From Nitrosomonadales bacterium (lineage in GTDB: Bacteria; Pseudomonadota; Gammaproteobacteria; Burkholderiales; SG8-39), in contig JAKFDA010000093.1 in the NCBI GenBank assembly GCA_036676355.1, forward strand, positions 7,857-71,856: 64,000 nt of DNA, in the 5' to 3' direction. The position numbers and the translations under genes were made by a program. This document shows positions 25,820 through 35,210 of the stretch, one piece after another. The stretch's first letter is position 1. Every line of letters begins with the position of its first letter. The notes below the pieces were generated by a model that saw nothing but the letters and a program-made list of their open reading frames with translations, had not been told where the DNA came from and did not search any database.

Positions 25820-26341
25820 ATGCTGAACCCGGGCCAGCGCGCACCTGAATTCAAGGCGGAAGCCTATTACCCCTCGGGCGCCATTCACGTCGCATCGCTT
25901 GCCGAGTATCGTGGAAAGTGGATGGTGCTGTTCTTCTGGCCGCTCGATTTCACCTATGTGTGCCCGACCGAAATCCGCGCCTACAACGATCTCCATGCCG
26001 AATTCGGACGCTGCAACTGCGCCCTGCTCGGTGCGAGCATCGACTCGGCGCACGTGCACCGCGCCTGGACCCAGCAGGGCCTCGGCAAGATGAGTTTTCC
26101 GCTCATCGGCGACGTACAGCGGCTGCTCGTGGAGAAGTACGACGTGCTGCACGACGACGGCGTTGCACTGCGCGCCACGTATATCATCGATCCGCAAGGC
26201 GTCATTCAGTCGGCCAGCGCGAACGGACTGAATGTCGGGCGCTCGGCGCGCGAAACGCTGCGATTGGTGAAGGCTTTTCAATCCGGCGCCATGACGCCGT
26301 GCGAATGGCAACCGGGACAGGCTTACGTGGTGCCGGTGTAA
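25820..26341 (+). CDS. 2-Cys peroxiredoxin (AhpC/Prx1 subfamily)
   Basis: FFWPLDFTYVCPTEI peroxidatic Cys motif, with gaggag RBS 5 nt upstream of the ATG. Confidence 0.9.
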   Translation: MLNPGQRAPEFKAEAYYPSGAIHVASLAEYRGKWMVLFFWPLDFTYVCPTEIRAYNDLHAEFGRCNCALLGASIDSAHVHRAWTQQGLGKMSFPLIGDVQRLLVEKYDVLHDDGVALRATYIIDPQGVIQSASANGLNVGRSARETLRLVKAFQSGAMTPCEWQPGQAYVVPV

Positions 26342-26347
26342 ATTTGG

Positions 26348-26544
26348 CGGAGAGCGGAGAGTGAAAACAGTCGGAAGCACGACGACCGGATTCCCGATCG
26401 CGCCGCTACGCGGCTTGTCGGGAATGACGGCGGTGGGATAGCGTCACTTCCGCGAAGCTTGTCCCGGACTTTGATCCAAGAGCGGGAGTCCAGTTCGTTG
26501 CTCTAACTGCTCTTGCCTTCTACTCTCTACTCTCGGCTCTCCGC
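26348..26544. repeat. composite palindromic (MITE/BIME-like) element, family 1, copy R2
   Basis: Arms gcggagagcggagag (26348..26362) / ctctcggctctccgc (26530..26544). Core ggattcccgatcgcgccgctacgcggcttgtcgggaatgac, plus a segment similar to the left half of family 2. Confidence 0.65.
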
Positions 26545-26810
26545 TGCTGTTCCGACTCTCCCCCGTCGTTCTCGAACCGCTGCACGATCTCCTTCCGCAC
26601 GTCTTCCAGACATTCCATGCGCCGGTCGCCTTCGAGCTTGTCACAGCGCTTGATCCAGTCCGCTGATGCTTTGCGCTGTGCGCTTTGCGCTTGCTTCTCG
26701 CTCACATCGGCTTTCGGGGCGACAGCTCCGGTGGCTTCCTGCGTCTTTTCCGCCGCCGCGGGCATCGCCGTAAGCAAACCGATTAACGCAAAGGCCGCAA
26801 TGAAGTGCAT
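26520..26810 (-). CDS. small secreted hypothetical protein
   Basis: MHFIAAFALIGLLTAMPAAA signal peptide followed by a charged body. The last ~8 codons and the stop lie inside repeat R2. Confidence 0.5.
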   Translation of the reverse strand: MHFIAAFALIGLLTAMPAAAEKTQEATGAVAPKADVSEKQAQSAQRKASADWIKRCDKLEGDRRMECLEDVRKEIVQRFENDGGESEQQRRAESRE

Positions 26811-26845
26811 GAGAGTCGAATGGGGATTGCGATGCTTGCGGCCGC

Positions 26846-26861
26846 CGCAAGCGCCATGCCG
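26846..26861 (-). promoter_or_regulatory. candidate sigma-54 promoter CGGCAT-ggcgc-TTGCG (small secreted protein)
   Basis: Exact spacing, 37 nt upstream of the ATG at 26810. Confidence 0.6.
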
Positions 26862-26933
26862 TAGGACGCTTCGATTAGGGGTTTCCAGGCCAGGGCAGCG
26901 CGGGGCCCAAGCGACTAAAGCGTCGATGGCGTG

Positions 26934-26978
26934 GTCCTCGCTCGTACAGCTGCGCGCACTCGCGACCATACTCGGCAC
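26934..26978. repeat. dispersed intergenic repeat, family 2, partial copy C
   Basis: gtcctcgctcgtacagctgcgcgcactcgcgaccatactcggcac aligns to the right part of copies A and B. Confidence 0.6.
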
Positions 26979-26996
26979 TTAATCGCCCCCTCCCAG

Positions 26997-29900
26997 TCAG
27001 CGCGCCGCCTGCGAGCGCGCTTCCGCTTCGGTCTCGGCCGCCGCCGCGCGTCGGCCGGCCAGCACGCGGCTGATGGTGCTCACCAGCGCCCCCGGATCGA
27101 AAGGCTTTGCCACGCGTTCGATAAAGCCGGATTCGACAATGCGCACGCGGCTCAGTTCGGCGAAAGCCGTGACCGCGATCGCCGGAATCGACTCGTCGAC
27201 CGACAGACCTTTGCGCTGCTCGAGCGCACGCACGTTGGCAAGCACGCCGAAACCGTCCTCGCCCGGCATGGCGAGATCGAGCAGCAACACATCCGGGCAG
27301 GCCTGCGGCAGCCGCTCGTCGAGCAGCGCGATGAGTTCCGCACCCGACGCGGCGCTGTGTACATTCGCGCCGGCGCGGCGCAATGCGACGGCGATGATGT
27401 CGCGCGCATCCGGATCGTCATCGAGCGCGCAAATGTTGACGCCCGCGAGCACCGCATCGGGCGCGTCGCTGGTGCCGGCGCTGGGCAGGTTTTCCATCGT
27501 CACCCGCGCGGTCGGCAGCGGCAGGCAGACGGTGAATGTCGCGCCCTTGCCCAAGCCCTCGCTGGCCGCGCTGACCGTTCCGCCATGCAGTTCGATCAGG
27601 TGGCGCACCAGCGCCAGGCCGATGCCGAGACCGCCATGTTTGCGTGTGGTGGATGAATCGGCCTGCGTGAAACGTTGGAACAGACGCGGCAGGAACTGCG
27701 CGTCAATGCCGACGCCGGAGTCCGTCACGGCCAGCTTCGCCATATCGTCCGCCGCATGCGCGGTGACGTCGATGCGTCCTTCCTCCGGCGTGAACTTCAC
27801 CGCGTTGGAGAGCAGATTGACAACGACCTGATGCAGCCGCGCCGGATCGCCCGCGACGCTCAGTGCGCCGGGCGCGTGTTCGAACGACAGCGCGATACGC
27901 TTGGCCTCGGCGGCCGGACGGACCACATCGAGCGCCGCATTGACTGTTTCGATCAGATTGAGCGGGCGATGCTCCAGATTGAGCTTGCCGCTCATGATGC
28001 GCGACGTGTCGAGCAGATCGTCGATCAGACGGGCTTGATGATCGACGTTGCGCTTGATGGCCTGCACCGCGCGCTCGAGCAGATTGGGATCGACCGGATT
28101 GGAATTGCCGAGCAGGAAACTCCAGCCGCGCAAGGCATTCAGCGGTGAGCGCAATTCGTGCGACACCACGGCGAGAAATTCGTCCTTCGCGCGATTGGCG
28201 CGCTCGGCTTCGTGCCGCAGCCGCTTTTCAGCCTCGATGAGCTGTTCCAGTTCACGCTCGGCCTGGCGCCGGTCGGTGACATCGATCGCGACACCAAGTA
28301 TCAGCCGCGTGCGCGCGGACGGATCGAACAGACGCTCGCGACAGTAGAGCCAGCGCCAGTCGCCGTCGCGGTGACGAAAACGCAGTTCGAAGGTGCGCAG
28401 CCCATCCTCGCCCTCGCCGTATTCGCGCAGATGCGCCATCAGCGCGTGTCGGTCCTGCGGATGCACCAGTCCCAGCAATGCGTGTGTGCTCATACCGCGC
28501 AGGGTTTCCGTCTCGTAGCCGAGCGCCTGCAGCACCATGCCGCTGGCGAACACGAGGCGCCCGTGATCGAGATCGAGCAGATACAGCACCAGCGGCGCCG
28601 TGTCGAGCAGGCCCTGAGTGAAACGCTGCGCTTCGCGCAAATCGTTTTCGATGCGCTTGCGTTCGGTGATATCGGTGGCGACCGAAATCAGGCCGATGAT
28701 CTTGCCGTCCACATCGCGCAGCGGCGACTTGGTGGACAGAAATGTGCGATAGCCTTCGGCGGTCTTGAGCATCTGCTCCATGCGTTCGACGCGGCCGGAG
28801 CTCAACACACGTTCTTCGTGATCGTTATTGCTCTGCAAAATAGCCGGGTCGTCGATCAGATTGCCGAAGGTCTCGCCGATCAGATCGTCTTCCGCCCGCG
28901 CGAACAGTCGACAGGTGGCCGGATTGGCCATCACGATCCGATGTTCCAGATCCTTCACGAAAATCAGATCGGGCGTGCTTTCGGCCACGCCGCGAAACAG
29001 TGCGAGCGTTTCGTGCAGCGCCGCGTTGGCCTGTTGCAGCGCGCTGGTCCGCTCGGCGACGCGGCGGTCGAGTTCGGCATATGCGTCGCGCAGCACCTGC
29101 ACGTTGCGGCGCCGCTCGCTCACGTCGCGCATCACCATCACGCCGCCGAGCACGCGTCCTTCGATGTCGCGGATCGGCGCCACGCCCACTTCGATCAATA
29201 ATCGCTCGTCGTCGGACAGCTGCAGAGTCAGATCGCGATAGTTGCGCTCGGTGTCCTCGCCCCGCAGCACCGCACGCAGCGGGCACTCGATCGGCTGCCC
29301 CGCTTCGTCGTACATGACGACGCGGCCTGCAAGCGATTCGTGCAACATCGAATCGACCGGCACCCGTAACAACTCCGCGGCCGCGGGGTTCATCACCTGC
29401 ACCACGCAATCCGGATCGGTGGCGATGACCGCGTCGTGAATGCTGCCCAGCGTGACATGCAGCCATTCGCGCTGCGTTTCCGCGTCGCGTTCGGCAAGGC
29501 GGCGCTCGGCGTCGATACGATTGAGCACGCGCGCCAGCCAGAGCACGAAGGCGGCCAGCCCGAGACAGGTCAATACGGTGAGCAGCAGCCCCCCGGCCGC
29601 GGTGTCCATCCAGCCTGCGCGTTGCGCAGCCATGCGCGCCAACCCGAGCGCGACCGGAAAAATCAACACGACCGGCAGCGAGCGGCGCAATACGATCGCA
29701 CCGGCGCGCCGATCCGTCAGCTTATCGAGCAGCCAGTCGTCGGGACGGCCTGCCACTACTGCGAACGCGAGGGCGATGATCGACAGGCCGCCGGCCAGCG
29801 AGAGTTCGACCAGCGCCGGCATTTCGAGCATGAGGCGATAGGTGACACCGATCAGACCGGTGACCGCAAGTGTGCCGGCCGCGGTGGCGAACAAACGCGC

Positions 29901-30356
29901 GCCGTGGCGCGACCACTGCGTATTCCAGAAGCAAAGGCCGATTGCGATGAGTACGACCAGCGAAGTGACGGCTGGATAGGGCGTGATGTCGTAACCCCAG
30001 ACCGAACCACGCTGAACATACAAGCCGATCAGCAGCACCACAGCGGTTATCACCGTCCCGCAGACGACATATGCCGCATGTCGGGCGCGCGGCGTATCGC
30101 GCGTCAGCAGACGCAAGGTCGCTGCGCCGCCGATGCCGAACACCGCCATGACCGGATGCATGATCGGCCAGCCGGGCAGGAGGCGACGTAACTCGACGAT
30201 GTCGAATAGCCAGCCGATCACCGGGATGCCGATAACGAAGACGGCAAAGGCGAGCGCTGCATTCGCGCCGCGCTGCAGTCGGTATGCGACATTCTCGCGT
30301 CGTTGCTGTTGCGTTGCCCGCTGCGCGCGCACGAGTGTCTGGTTCGCTCCTACCAA
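26997..30356 (-). CDS. hybrid sensor histidine kinase / response regulator with membrane N-domain and multiple PAS domains
   Basis: Multi-TM N-terminus, three or more PAS-like blocks, H-box VVSHELRSPLNAL, ATPase G-boxes, and a C-terminal receiver (DVLLLDLAMPGEDG). Start proposed at TTG 30356, preceded by GAGGAG (30363..30368). Confidence 0.85.
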   Translation of the reverse strand: MVGANQTLVRAQRATQQQRRENVAYRLQRGANAALAFAVFVIGIPVIGWLFDIVELRRLLPGWPIMHPVMAVFGIGGAATLRLLTRDTPRARHAAYVVCGTVITAVVLLIGLYVQRGSVWGYDITPYPAVTSLVVLIAIGLCFWNTQWSRHGARLFATAAGTLAVTGLIGVTYRLMLEMPALVELSLAGGLSIIALAFAVVAGRPDDWLLDKLTDRRAGAIVLRRSLPVVLIFPVALGLARMAAQRAGWMDTAAGGLLLTVLTCLGLAAFVLWLARVLNRIDAERRLAERDAETQREWLHVTLGSIHDAVIATDPDCVVQVMNPAAAELLRVPVDSMLHESLAGRVVMYDEAGQPIECPLRAVLRGEDTERNYRDLTLQLSDDERLLIEVGVAPIRDIEGRVLGGVMVMRDVSERRRNVQVLRDAYAELDRRVAERTSALQQANAALHETLALFRGVAESTPDLIFVKDLEHRIVMANPATCRLFARAEDDLIGETFGNLIDDPAILQSNNDHEERVLSSGRVERMEQMLKTAEGYRTFLSTKSPLRDVDGKIIGLISVATDITERKRIENDLREAQRFTQGLLDTAPLVLYLLDLDHGRLVFASGMVLQALGYETETLRGMSTHALLGLVHPQDRHALMAHLREYGEGEDGLRTFELRFRHRDGDWRWLYCRERLFDPSARTRLILGVAIDVTDRRQAERELEQLIEAEKRLRHEAERANRAKDEFLAVVSHELRSPLNALRGWSFLLGNSNPVDPNLLERAVQAIKRNVDHQARLIDDLLDTSRIMSGKLNLEHRPLNLIETVNAALDVVRPAAEAKRIALSFEHAPGALSVAGDPARLHQVVVNLLSNAVKFTPEEGRIDVTAHAADDMAKLAVTDSGVGIDAQFLPRLFQRFTQADSSTTRKHGGLGIGLALVRHLIELHGGTVSAASEGLGKGATFTVCLPLPTARVTMENLPSAGTSDAPDAVLAGVNICALDDDPDARDIIAVALRRAGANVHSAASGAELIALLDERLPQACPDVLLLDLAMPGEDGFGVLANVRALEQRKGLSVDESIPAIAVTAFAELSRVRIVESGFIERVAKPFDPGALVSTISRVLAGRRAAAAETEAEARSQAAR

Positions 30357-30373
30357 TACATTCTCCTCAGTCG

Positions 30374-30389
30374 CGGCATGTCGTTTGCA
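30374..30389 (+). promoter_or_regulatory. candidate sigma-54 promoter CGGCAT-gtcgt-TTGCA (yihY-asmA operon)
   Basis: Exact spacing with both halves near consensus. It lies in the divergent gap once the kinase start is moved to 30356. Confidence 0.6.
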
Positions 30390-30461
30390 GCGCCGGTGCA
30401 TCAAGGTCATGGACGTTCGCTCCTGCGCAACGTGTCGCCATTGCCAACAGCACGTACGCCT

Positions 30462-31358
30462 ATGCTGCCTCACGGTCGGCACACGCGACAATCGGCGTGG
30501 GCCGGACTGAAAGCGATGTGGCGCACGCCGATCCGGGTATTGTCCGCCTGGAACGACGATGATTCGCTGCGGCTCGGCGCCGCGGTTGCGTTCTATGCGA
30601 TTTTCTCACTTGCGCCGCTTCTGGCAATGGCCGTACTGATAGCCGGTCTGGTATTCGGCGTCGATGCCGCGCGAGACCAGATTATGGGCCAGGTCGGCGG
30701 GCTCGTCGGCGAAGGCGGCGGGCAAACGCTGCGTACCATGCTCGATAGCGCCATGGTTGAGGGCACCGAAGGAAAGCAGTGGACCACCGGCCTGGTCGGT
30801 TTCGCCACGCTCTTCATCGGAGCGACAGGCGTGTTCGTCGAATTGCGCAATGCGCTCGACGCCATCAACAAGGAGGCCGAACAGGTCGAACACGGCTTAT
30901 CGTGGATGGTGAAGGCCCGAATTGTCTCGTTTTCGCTGGTGCTCGCGGTAGGTTTCGTCGCACTTGTCTCGCTTGCGCTGAGTGCTGCCATGGCGGCGTT
31001 CGCCGCATGGTTGTCGGCCTCGGCCCCAATACTGGGCGCCCTGGCGCTGTTGCTCGATACCATCGTGTCGCTGTCGCTCATCACCGCGCTGTTCATCCTG
31101 CTGCTGCGCTTTCTGCCGTCGATCCAGCCGCGCAAAGTCTCGCTGTGGCCGGGCGCGCTGCTCGCGGCGATTCTGTTCGTTCTCGGCAAGCATCTCATCG
31201 GCCTGTACATCGGCAAGGCCGGCGTGGCGGACGCCTACGGCGCGGCCGGCTCGCTGGTCGTCATTCTCATCTGGGTGTACTACAGCACGCAGGTTCTGCT
31301 ATTGGGCGCCGAATACAACAAAATTCGCGCTGATCGCGTCGCACCCGCGGCGCCGTGA
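30462..31358 (+). CDS. YihY/BrkB family membrane protein
   Basis: SLRLGAAVAFYAIFSLAPLL, six TM segments and the C-terminal YYSTQVLLLGAEYN motif. The start is uncertain (GTG 30432, ATG 30462 or ATG 30516). Confidence 0.75.
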   Translation: MLPHGRHTRQSAWAGLKAMWRTPIRVLSAWNDDDSLRLGAAVAFYAIFSLAPLLAMAVLIAGLVFGVDAARDQIMGQVGGLVGEGGGQTLRTMLDSAMVEGTEGKQWTTGLVGFATLFIGATGVFVELRNALDAINKEAEQVEHGLSWMVKARIVSFSLVLAVGFVALVSLALSAAMAAFAAWLSASAPILGALALLLDTIVSLSLITALFILLLRFLPSIQPRKVSLWPGALLAAILFVLGKHLIGLYIGKAGVADAYGAAGSLVVILIWVYYSTQVLLLGAEYNKIRADRVAPAAP

Positions 31359-33322
31359 TGAGAAGAGCGCTCATCGGCGTGCTGATCGCCATCGCCGTAC
31401 TGGCGGCTGCCGTCGCCTGGGTCGTGCAATCGGCCTGGCTACGCGGCCTGCTCGAACGACAGCTCGAGAACATGACCGGGCGCGACGTATCCATCGGCCG
31501 CCTTGATATCGATATCCGCAGTTGTCTGCGCATCGAGGCCACGGATTTGCGCATCGCCAATCCGGACTGGGCCAGGACCGGCCAACTGATCGATGCGAGA
31601 TACCTCCGCGCCTGCCTCGCGTGGCTGCCGTTATTCATCGGACGCGCGCACGTGGAATCGCTCGGACTGGCCGATGCCGAATTGGGCCTCGAGCGCGACG
31701 GCGAGCGCGCGACCTGGGCCATCGGCAAGGAACAGAAAGAGGACAAAGGCGAAGCCCCGCCGGTGATCAACAACGTGCGTATCAGCAACACACTCATTCA
31801 CTACCGCGACACAAACCTGCAAACCGAACTCGATGTGCGCGCGGAAGGCGGCACGAGCGAAAATCCGAACATCACGCTGCACGCCGCAGGCAAAGTGCGC
31901 AACGCCGAAATCAAGGCGGTGCTCAATACGCCCGCCGCCCTGCCTTCCTCCGATGCGCCGGTCGTCGTGTCGGCCGCGTTCACAATTGGTCACACCACCG
32001 CCGCGGCGGCCGGGCGGCTAAGCTCGCTCGGCGTCGACGGCATCGAAGTTCTGCTCACCATCGCCGGCGACGATTTGTCGGATCTCAATCGCCTCGGCAT
32101 CGCGCTGCCCGAAAGCCCGCCCTATGCTTTGCGCGGGCGCCTGCGCAACGCGGATCACGTGTGGTCGCTCGAACCGTTCGAAGGGCGCGTCGGCGATAGC
32201 GATCTGTCCGGGCGCCTCGCTTACGCGGTGAAAGAGCCGCGTGCGCTGCTCACCGCCGAGGTGAATTCCAAACTGCTCGACTTGGACGATCTCGGCCCGC
32301 TGGTGGGCGCGCCCCCCAAAACGGGTAGCGGTGAAAAGGCGTCACCCAAACAGAAAAAACAGGCGGACGAAATCAAGGATTCGGGCAATGTGCTGCCGGA
32401 CAAACCGCTGGGTATGGAGGCCTGGGGCCGCCTGGATGCGGATGTACGCCTGCGCGCAGAGCAGGTCAAACGTCCCGATGCCGTACCGATCAACGCGCTT
32501 GCGGCGCATCTCAAAATCGACGACTCGACTTTGCGTCTGCAACCGTTGAACTTCGAAATCGCCGGAGGCACGGTGGCCGCCGACATCGTGCTCGAAGCCA
32601 AGGCGAAGCCGCCGCAAGCAACTGCCAATTTCGACGTGCGCAAAATCGATCTCGCCAAAATGCTGCCGGAGATCACCGCGCAGGAAGTTGCGGTCGGCAC
32701 GCTATTCGGTCGCGCCAAGTTCAAGAGCCAGGGTGTATCGATCGCTCAACTGCTGGGCCGCGCGGATGGTGATCTCACCCTCATGATCAACGGCGGTCAG
32801 ATGAGCGCCCTGCTGCTGGAGGCTGCGGGATTGGATATCGCCGAAGTGGTGAAGTTTCTCACCATCCGCGGCAAGCCCGTACCGCTTCGCTGCGCGATCG
32901 CCGATCTGCACGTCGCCGACGGCATCGCCAAATCGGAGTTGTTCGTGATCGACACGCAGGACACCGTGTTCATCGGCGAAGGCTACATCGACATGGGCAA
33001 GGAACGTCTCGATATCACCATCCATCCGCGTCCGAAGGATCAAAGTATTCTTGCGTTGCGCTCGCCGTTGCATATCGAAGGACGGTTCAAGGAGCCGAGT
33101 GCGGGTGTGAAGGCCGGTCCGCTGGCCGCCAAAGGCGCGGCGGCCGTCGCCCTGGGACTGGTCAATCCACTGCTCGCCATCATCCCCCTGATCGAAACAG
33201 GCCCCGGCGAAAACAGCGACTGCGGCGAGTTCTCGCGGCGCGTGCGTCAATCGCCGCAGAAGAATGCGCCGAGTTCCAACAAGAGGGAAAAGCAACGCGC
33301 TGCGGGAGAGGCGAAAAATTAG
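31355..33322 (+). CDS. AsmA family protein
   Basis: N-terminal anchor MMRRALIGVLIAIAVLAAAVAWV followed by a long beta-rich periplasmic body, 655 aa. ATGA overlap with yihY. Confidence 0.8.
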   Translation: MMRRALIGVLIAIAVLAAAVAWVVQSAWLRGLLERQLENMTGRDVSIGRLDIDIRSCLRIEATDLRIANPDWARTGQLIDARYLRACLAWLPLFIGRAHVESLGLADAELGLERDGERATWAIGKEQKEDKGEAPPVINNVRISNTLIHYRDTNLQTELDVRAEGGTSENPNITLHAAGKVRNAEIKAVLNTPAALPSSDAPVVVSAAFTIGHTTAAAAGRLSSLGVDGIEVLLTIAGDDLSDLNRLGIALPESPPYALRGRLRNADHVWSLEPFEGRVGDSDLSGRLAYAVKEPRALLTAEVNSKLLDLDDLGPLVGAPPKTGSGEKASPKQKKQADEIKDSGNVLPDKPLGMEAWGRLDADVRLRAEQVKRPDAVPINALAAHLKIDDSTLRLQPLNFEIAGGTVAADIVLEAKAKPPQATANFDVRKIDLAKMLPEITAQEVAVGTLFGRAKFKSQGVSIAQLLGRADGDLTLMINGGQMSALLLEAAGLDIAEVVKFLTIRGKPVPLRCAIADLHVADGIAKSELFVIDTQDTVFIGEGYIDMGKERLDITIHPRPKDQSILALRSPLHIEGRFKEPSAGVKAGPLAAKGAAAVALGLVNPLLAIIPLIETGPGENSDCGEFSRRVRQSPQKNAPSSNKREKQRAAGEAKN

Positions 33323-33339
33323 CGGCTACCGAACCCGTT

Positions 33340-33813
33340 TCAGCGGCGCAACAGCGCGGCCGGTGGATCGGCCATGCCGGTATAACCCTGACTGTCGCCC
33401 ACCGACGTCGGTGTCGGACGCGACATCGCAGCGTGCGTCGCGGCGGCGTGTCGCGCAGAGCGTCTGGCCTGATAGATGCGCGTGGTGATCCAGCGCACCA
33501 ACCCGACCGGTCCGCCGAACTGCGCCTGCGCGAGGGACAACGCACCGGCGCCAAGCAGGCCAAGCAGGCTGGTCTTCACCGGCGCGCTATCCTCCTTGCG
33601 GCGCTTCTTGCCGCGGAATAGAAATTTGCCCGCAACGAAACCCACACCCAGTGCGCCCAGCAGAAACTTCGGCGAGGCAATCGTGGTGACGGCCGTTTCA
33701 CGCACGCTTTCCACGTAGCCCACGAAAGCCTGCTCGAGCAGCTTGCGATCGGCCGCGATCGCGCGTTCGACTGCCGCGATTTCGCCGTCGAGCGCAGAGA
33801 TGCTCAGTTTCAT
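33340..33813 (-). CDS. hypothetical membrane protein (YqjK-like position in module)
   Basis: Coiled N-terminus and two hydrophobic segments. 4-nt overlap with the upstream gene. Confidence 0.5.
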   Translation of the reverse strand: MKLSISALDGEIAAVERAIAADRKLLEQAFVGYVESVRETAVTTIASPKFLLGALGVGFVAGKFLFRGKKRRKEDSAPVKTSLLGLLGAGALSLAQAQFGGPVGLVRWITTRIYQARRSARHAAATHAAMSRPTPTSVGDSQGYTGMADPPAALLRR

Positions 33814-34271
33814 GGCTTCGCTTCGCTTTGAGGCGCTTCGCCCTTGAGTTGCCGCAGCGTCGCGGAGAAAGGCATTTCCGCAACCAGCGACCTGATGCGC
33901 CACACCAATATTCCGGCGCCGGCAAGATTGATCACCGCGGCGATCAACAACACGAGCGGCAGCGACATGTTTTCTTCAAGCAGCCAGGTCACCAGCGCAG
34001 TGATCGCCGTCAACCACGCCGTCACACCGAGCACCGCAATCACCACGCCGGTGCCGACCAACCATGCGAGCTGAATGCTCGCGCGCCGCATGTCGAGCAC
34101 GGCAAGCAACGCATAACCGTGCGCGACACGACGCGCCGTACGCCACAAAAAATCGAAGTGTCCCTCCAGCGGCTCATTGCGCGCGGCGTCGAACCGCGCG
34201 CGATATTCCGGAGAAGCTGCTTCGAGCGCCGCCTGGTGCTGTCGCGTCAGTTCGTCCGCCGAGACGGCCAT
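33810..34271 (-). CDS. YqjE-like / phage-holin-family (DUF1469-like) membrane protein
   Basis: Two long TM helices after a charged N-terminus. Starts 5 nt after the DUF883 gene. Confidence 0.5.
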   Translation of the reverse strand: MAVSADELTRQHQAALEAASPEYRARFDAARNEPLEGHFDFLWRTARRVAHGYALLAVLDMRRASIQLAWLVGTGVVIAVLGVTAWLTAITALVTWLLEENMSLPLVLLIAAVINLAGAGILVWRIRSLVAEMPFSATLRQLKGEAPQSEAKP

Positions 34272-34276
34272 GAGCG

Positions 34277-34570
34277 CTAGCGACGCGAGGTCAATTTGGA
34301 CAGCAGTATGCCGGCCGCGACCGCGATACCCACCGCGGCGAGCGGATTGGCGCGCACCAGTTCGCGAGTATGTTCTACATAATGCTGACCTTGCTCGGAC
34401 CATTGTTCACCGGACGCCATCAACCGCTCTTTCGCAGCCTGTGCCTTGGAGGCAAGACGATCGACCGCCTGATGGGCGGAGGAAGACGCGCGATCCACTG
34501 TGGCCGACGCGCGCTCGCGCATCGCTTCAGTGTCGAAATTGGTGCCAGGGTTCTGTGTGCCGGATGTCAT
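34277..34570 (-). CDS. DUF883 (ElaB/YqjD family) tail-anchored stress protein
   Basis: Helical hydrophilic body with the C-terminal anchor ANPLAAVGIAVAAGILLSKLTSRR. Confidence 0.8.
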   Translation of the reverse strand: MTSGTQNPGTNFDTEAMRERASATVDRASSSAHQAVDRLASKAQAAKERLMASGEQWSEQGQHYVEHTRELVRANPLAAVGIAVAAGILLSKLTSRR

Positions 34571-34628
34571 GATGCTTCCTCTCCTATCCAGGGGACGTGG
34601 TAATCAAAAAACGGTTGCAGTGTCGGGA

Positions 34629-34644
34629 GGCAACGGATATGCCC
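34629..34644 (-). promoter_or_regulatory. candidate sigma-54 promoter GGGCAT-atccg-TTGCC (DUF883 module)
   Basis: Exact spacing, 60 nt upstream of the ATG at 34570. Confidence 0.6.
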
Positions 34645-34711
34645 GGAAAGCAATCGCGCGTCGAAAGCCGCGCACGCCGTTCGCGGTTCTCTCTCGATTT
34701 CCTGTCCGGGG

Positions 34712-35026
34712 TTACTTTTGTTTATTGTCCTTGCTGCTCGGCACATCCGACGGAATACCGCGTCGTTCGGTGTCAGGCAGGCCGCGTTCGATGTCGCGGT
34801 ACGCGCGAGGAATGTCGGTCTGCGGCTGATCCGTCGCACGATCGGTGCCCCGGGCGCCACCGTCCGGCGCCGTGTCGCGTTCGTTCGGCTGGCGCAAGTC
34901 GTGGTCGGAGATTTGTCGGCGCAATCCGCCTTCCTTTTCCACATCCTGCTGATGGCGCGCCAATGCGTCGGGATTGGTGACGCCTGCCGGCGATGGGATA
35001 CGAGCCGTATCTTTCTTCCTGACCAT
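34712..35026 (-). CDS. small highly hydrophilic hypothetical protein
   Basis: MVRKKDTARIPSP..., 104 aa, rich in D/E/R/K/Q. AAGGAG RBS (35033..35038) lies 6 nt before the ATG. Confidence 0.55.
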   Translation of the reverse strand: MVRKKDTARIPSPAGVTNPDALARHQQDVEKEGGLRRQISDHDLRQPNERDTAPDGGARGTDRATDQPQTDIPRAYRDIERGLPDTERRGIPSDVPSSKDNKQK

Positions 35027-35054
35027 ATAACACTCCTTGATCGTGCCCTGAAGA

Positions 35055-35070
35055 TGCACCCGGCGTGCCG
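35055..35070 (-). promoter_or_regulatory. candidate sigma-54 promoter CGGCAC-gccgg-GTGCA (hydrophilic protein)
   Basis: Exact spacing, 30 nt upstream of the ATG at 35026. The RBS lies within the predicted short leader. Confidence 0.5.
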
Positions 35071-35154
35071 GTCCGCAGCCTGCGCGCCGCGGCGGCTTCT
35101 GCGAGCCTGGTCCGAAGCGTCTGCATTCCGCTGCGCCGCTTCAAGCAGCGGATA

Positions 35155-35170
35155 CGGTATGCAGCTTGCA
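35155..35170 (+). promoter_or_regulatory. weak sigma-54-like box CGGTAT-gcagc-TTGCA
   Basis: Correct spacing but the -24 half is GGTAT. Sits 93 nt upstream of the ATG at 35262, and may be chance or a second promoter. Confidence 0.3.
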
Positions 35171-35210
35171 GCGGTGGCTGCGAAGCGCCGCGTCGGCGAT
35201 GAGCCGTTTC

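Noticed and set aside
26348-26544. GAGAGCGGAGAG-type repeats as a CRISPR array
   Set aside because: The repeated units are inverted arms of single elements scattered at distant loci. They are not direct repeats with regular spacers, and no cas genes are present.
33810-34271. Phage-holin-family resemblance as evidence of a prophage
   Set aside because: No other phage genes are nearby. The gene sits in a yqjD-yqjE-yqjK-like stress module, and this family is widely chromosomal.
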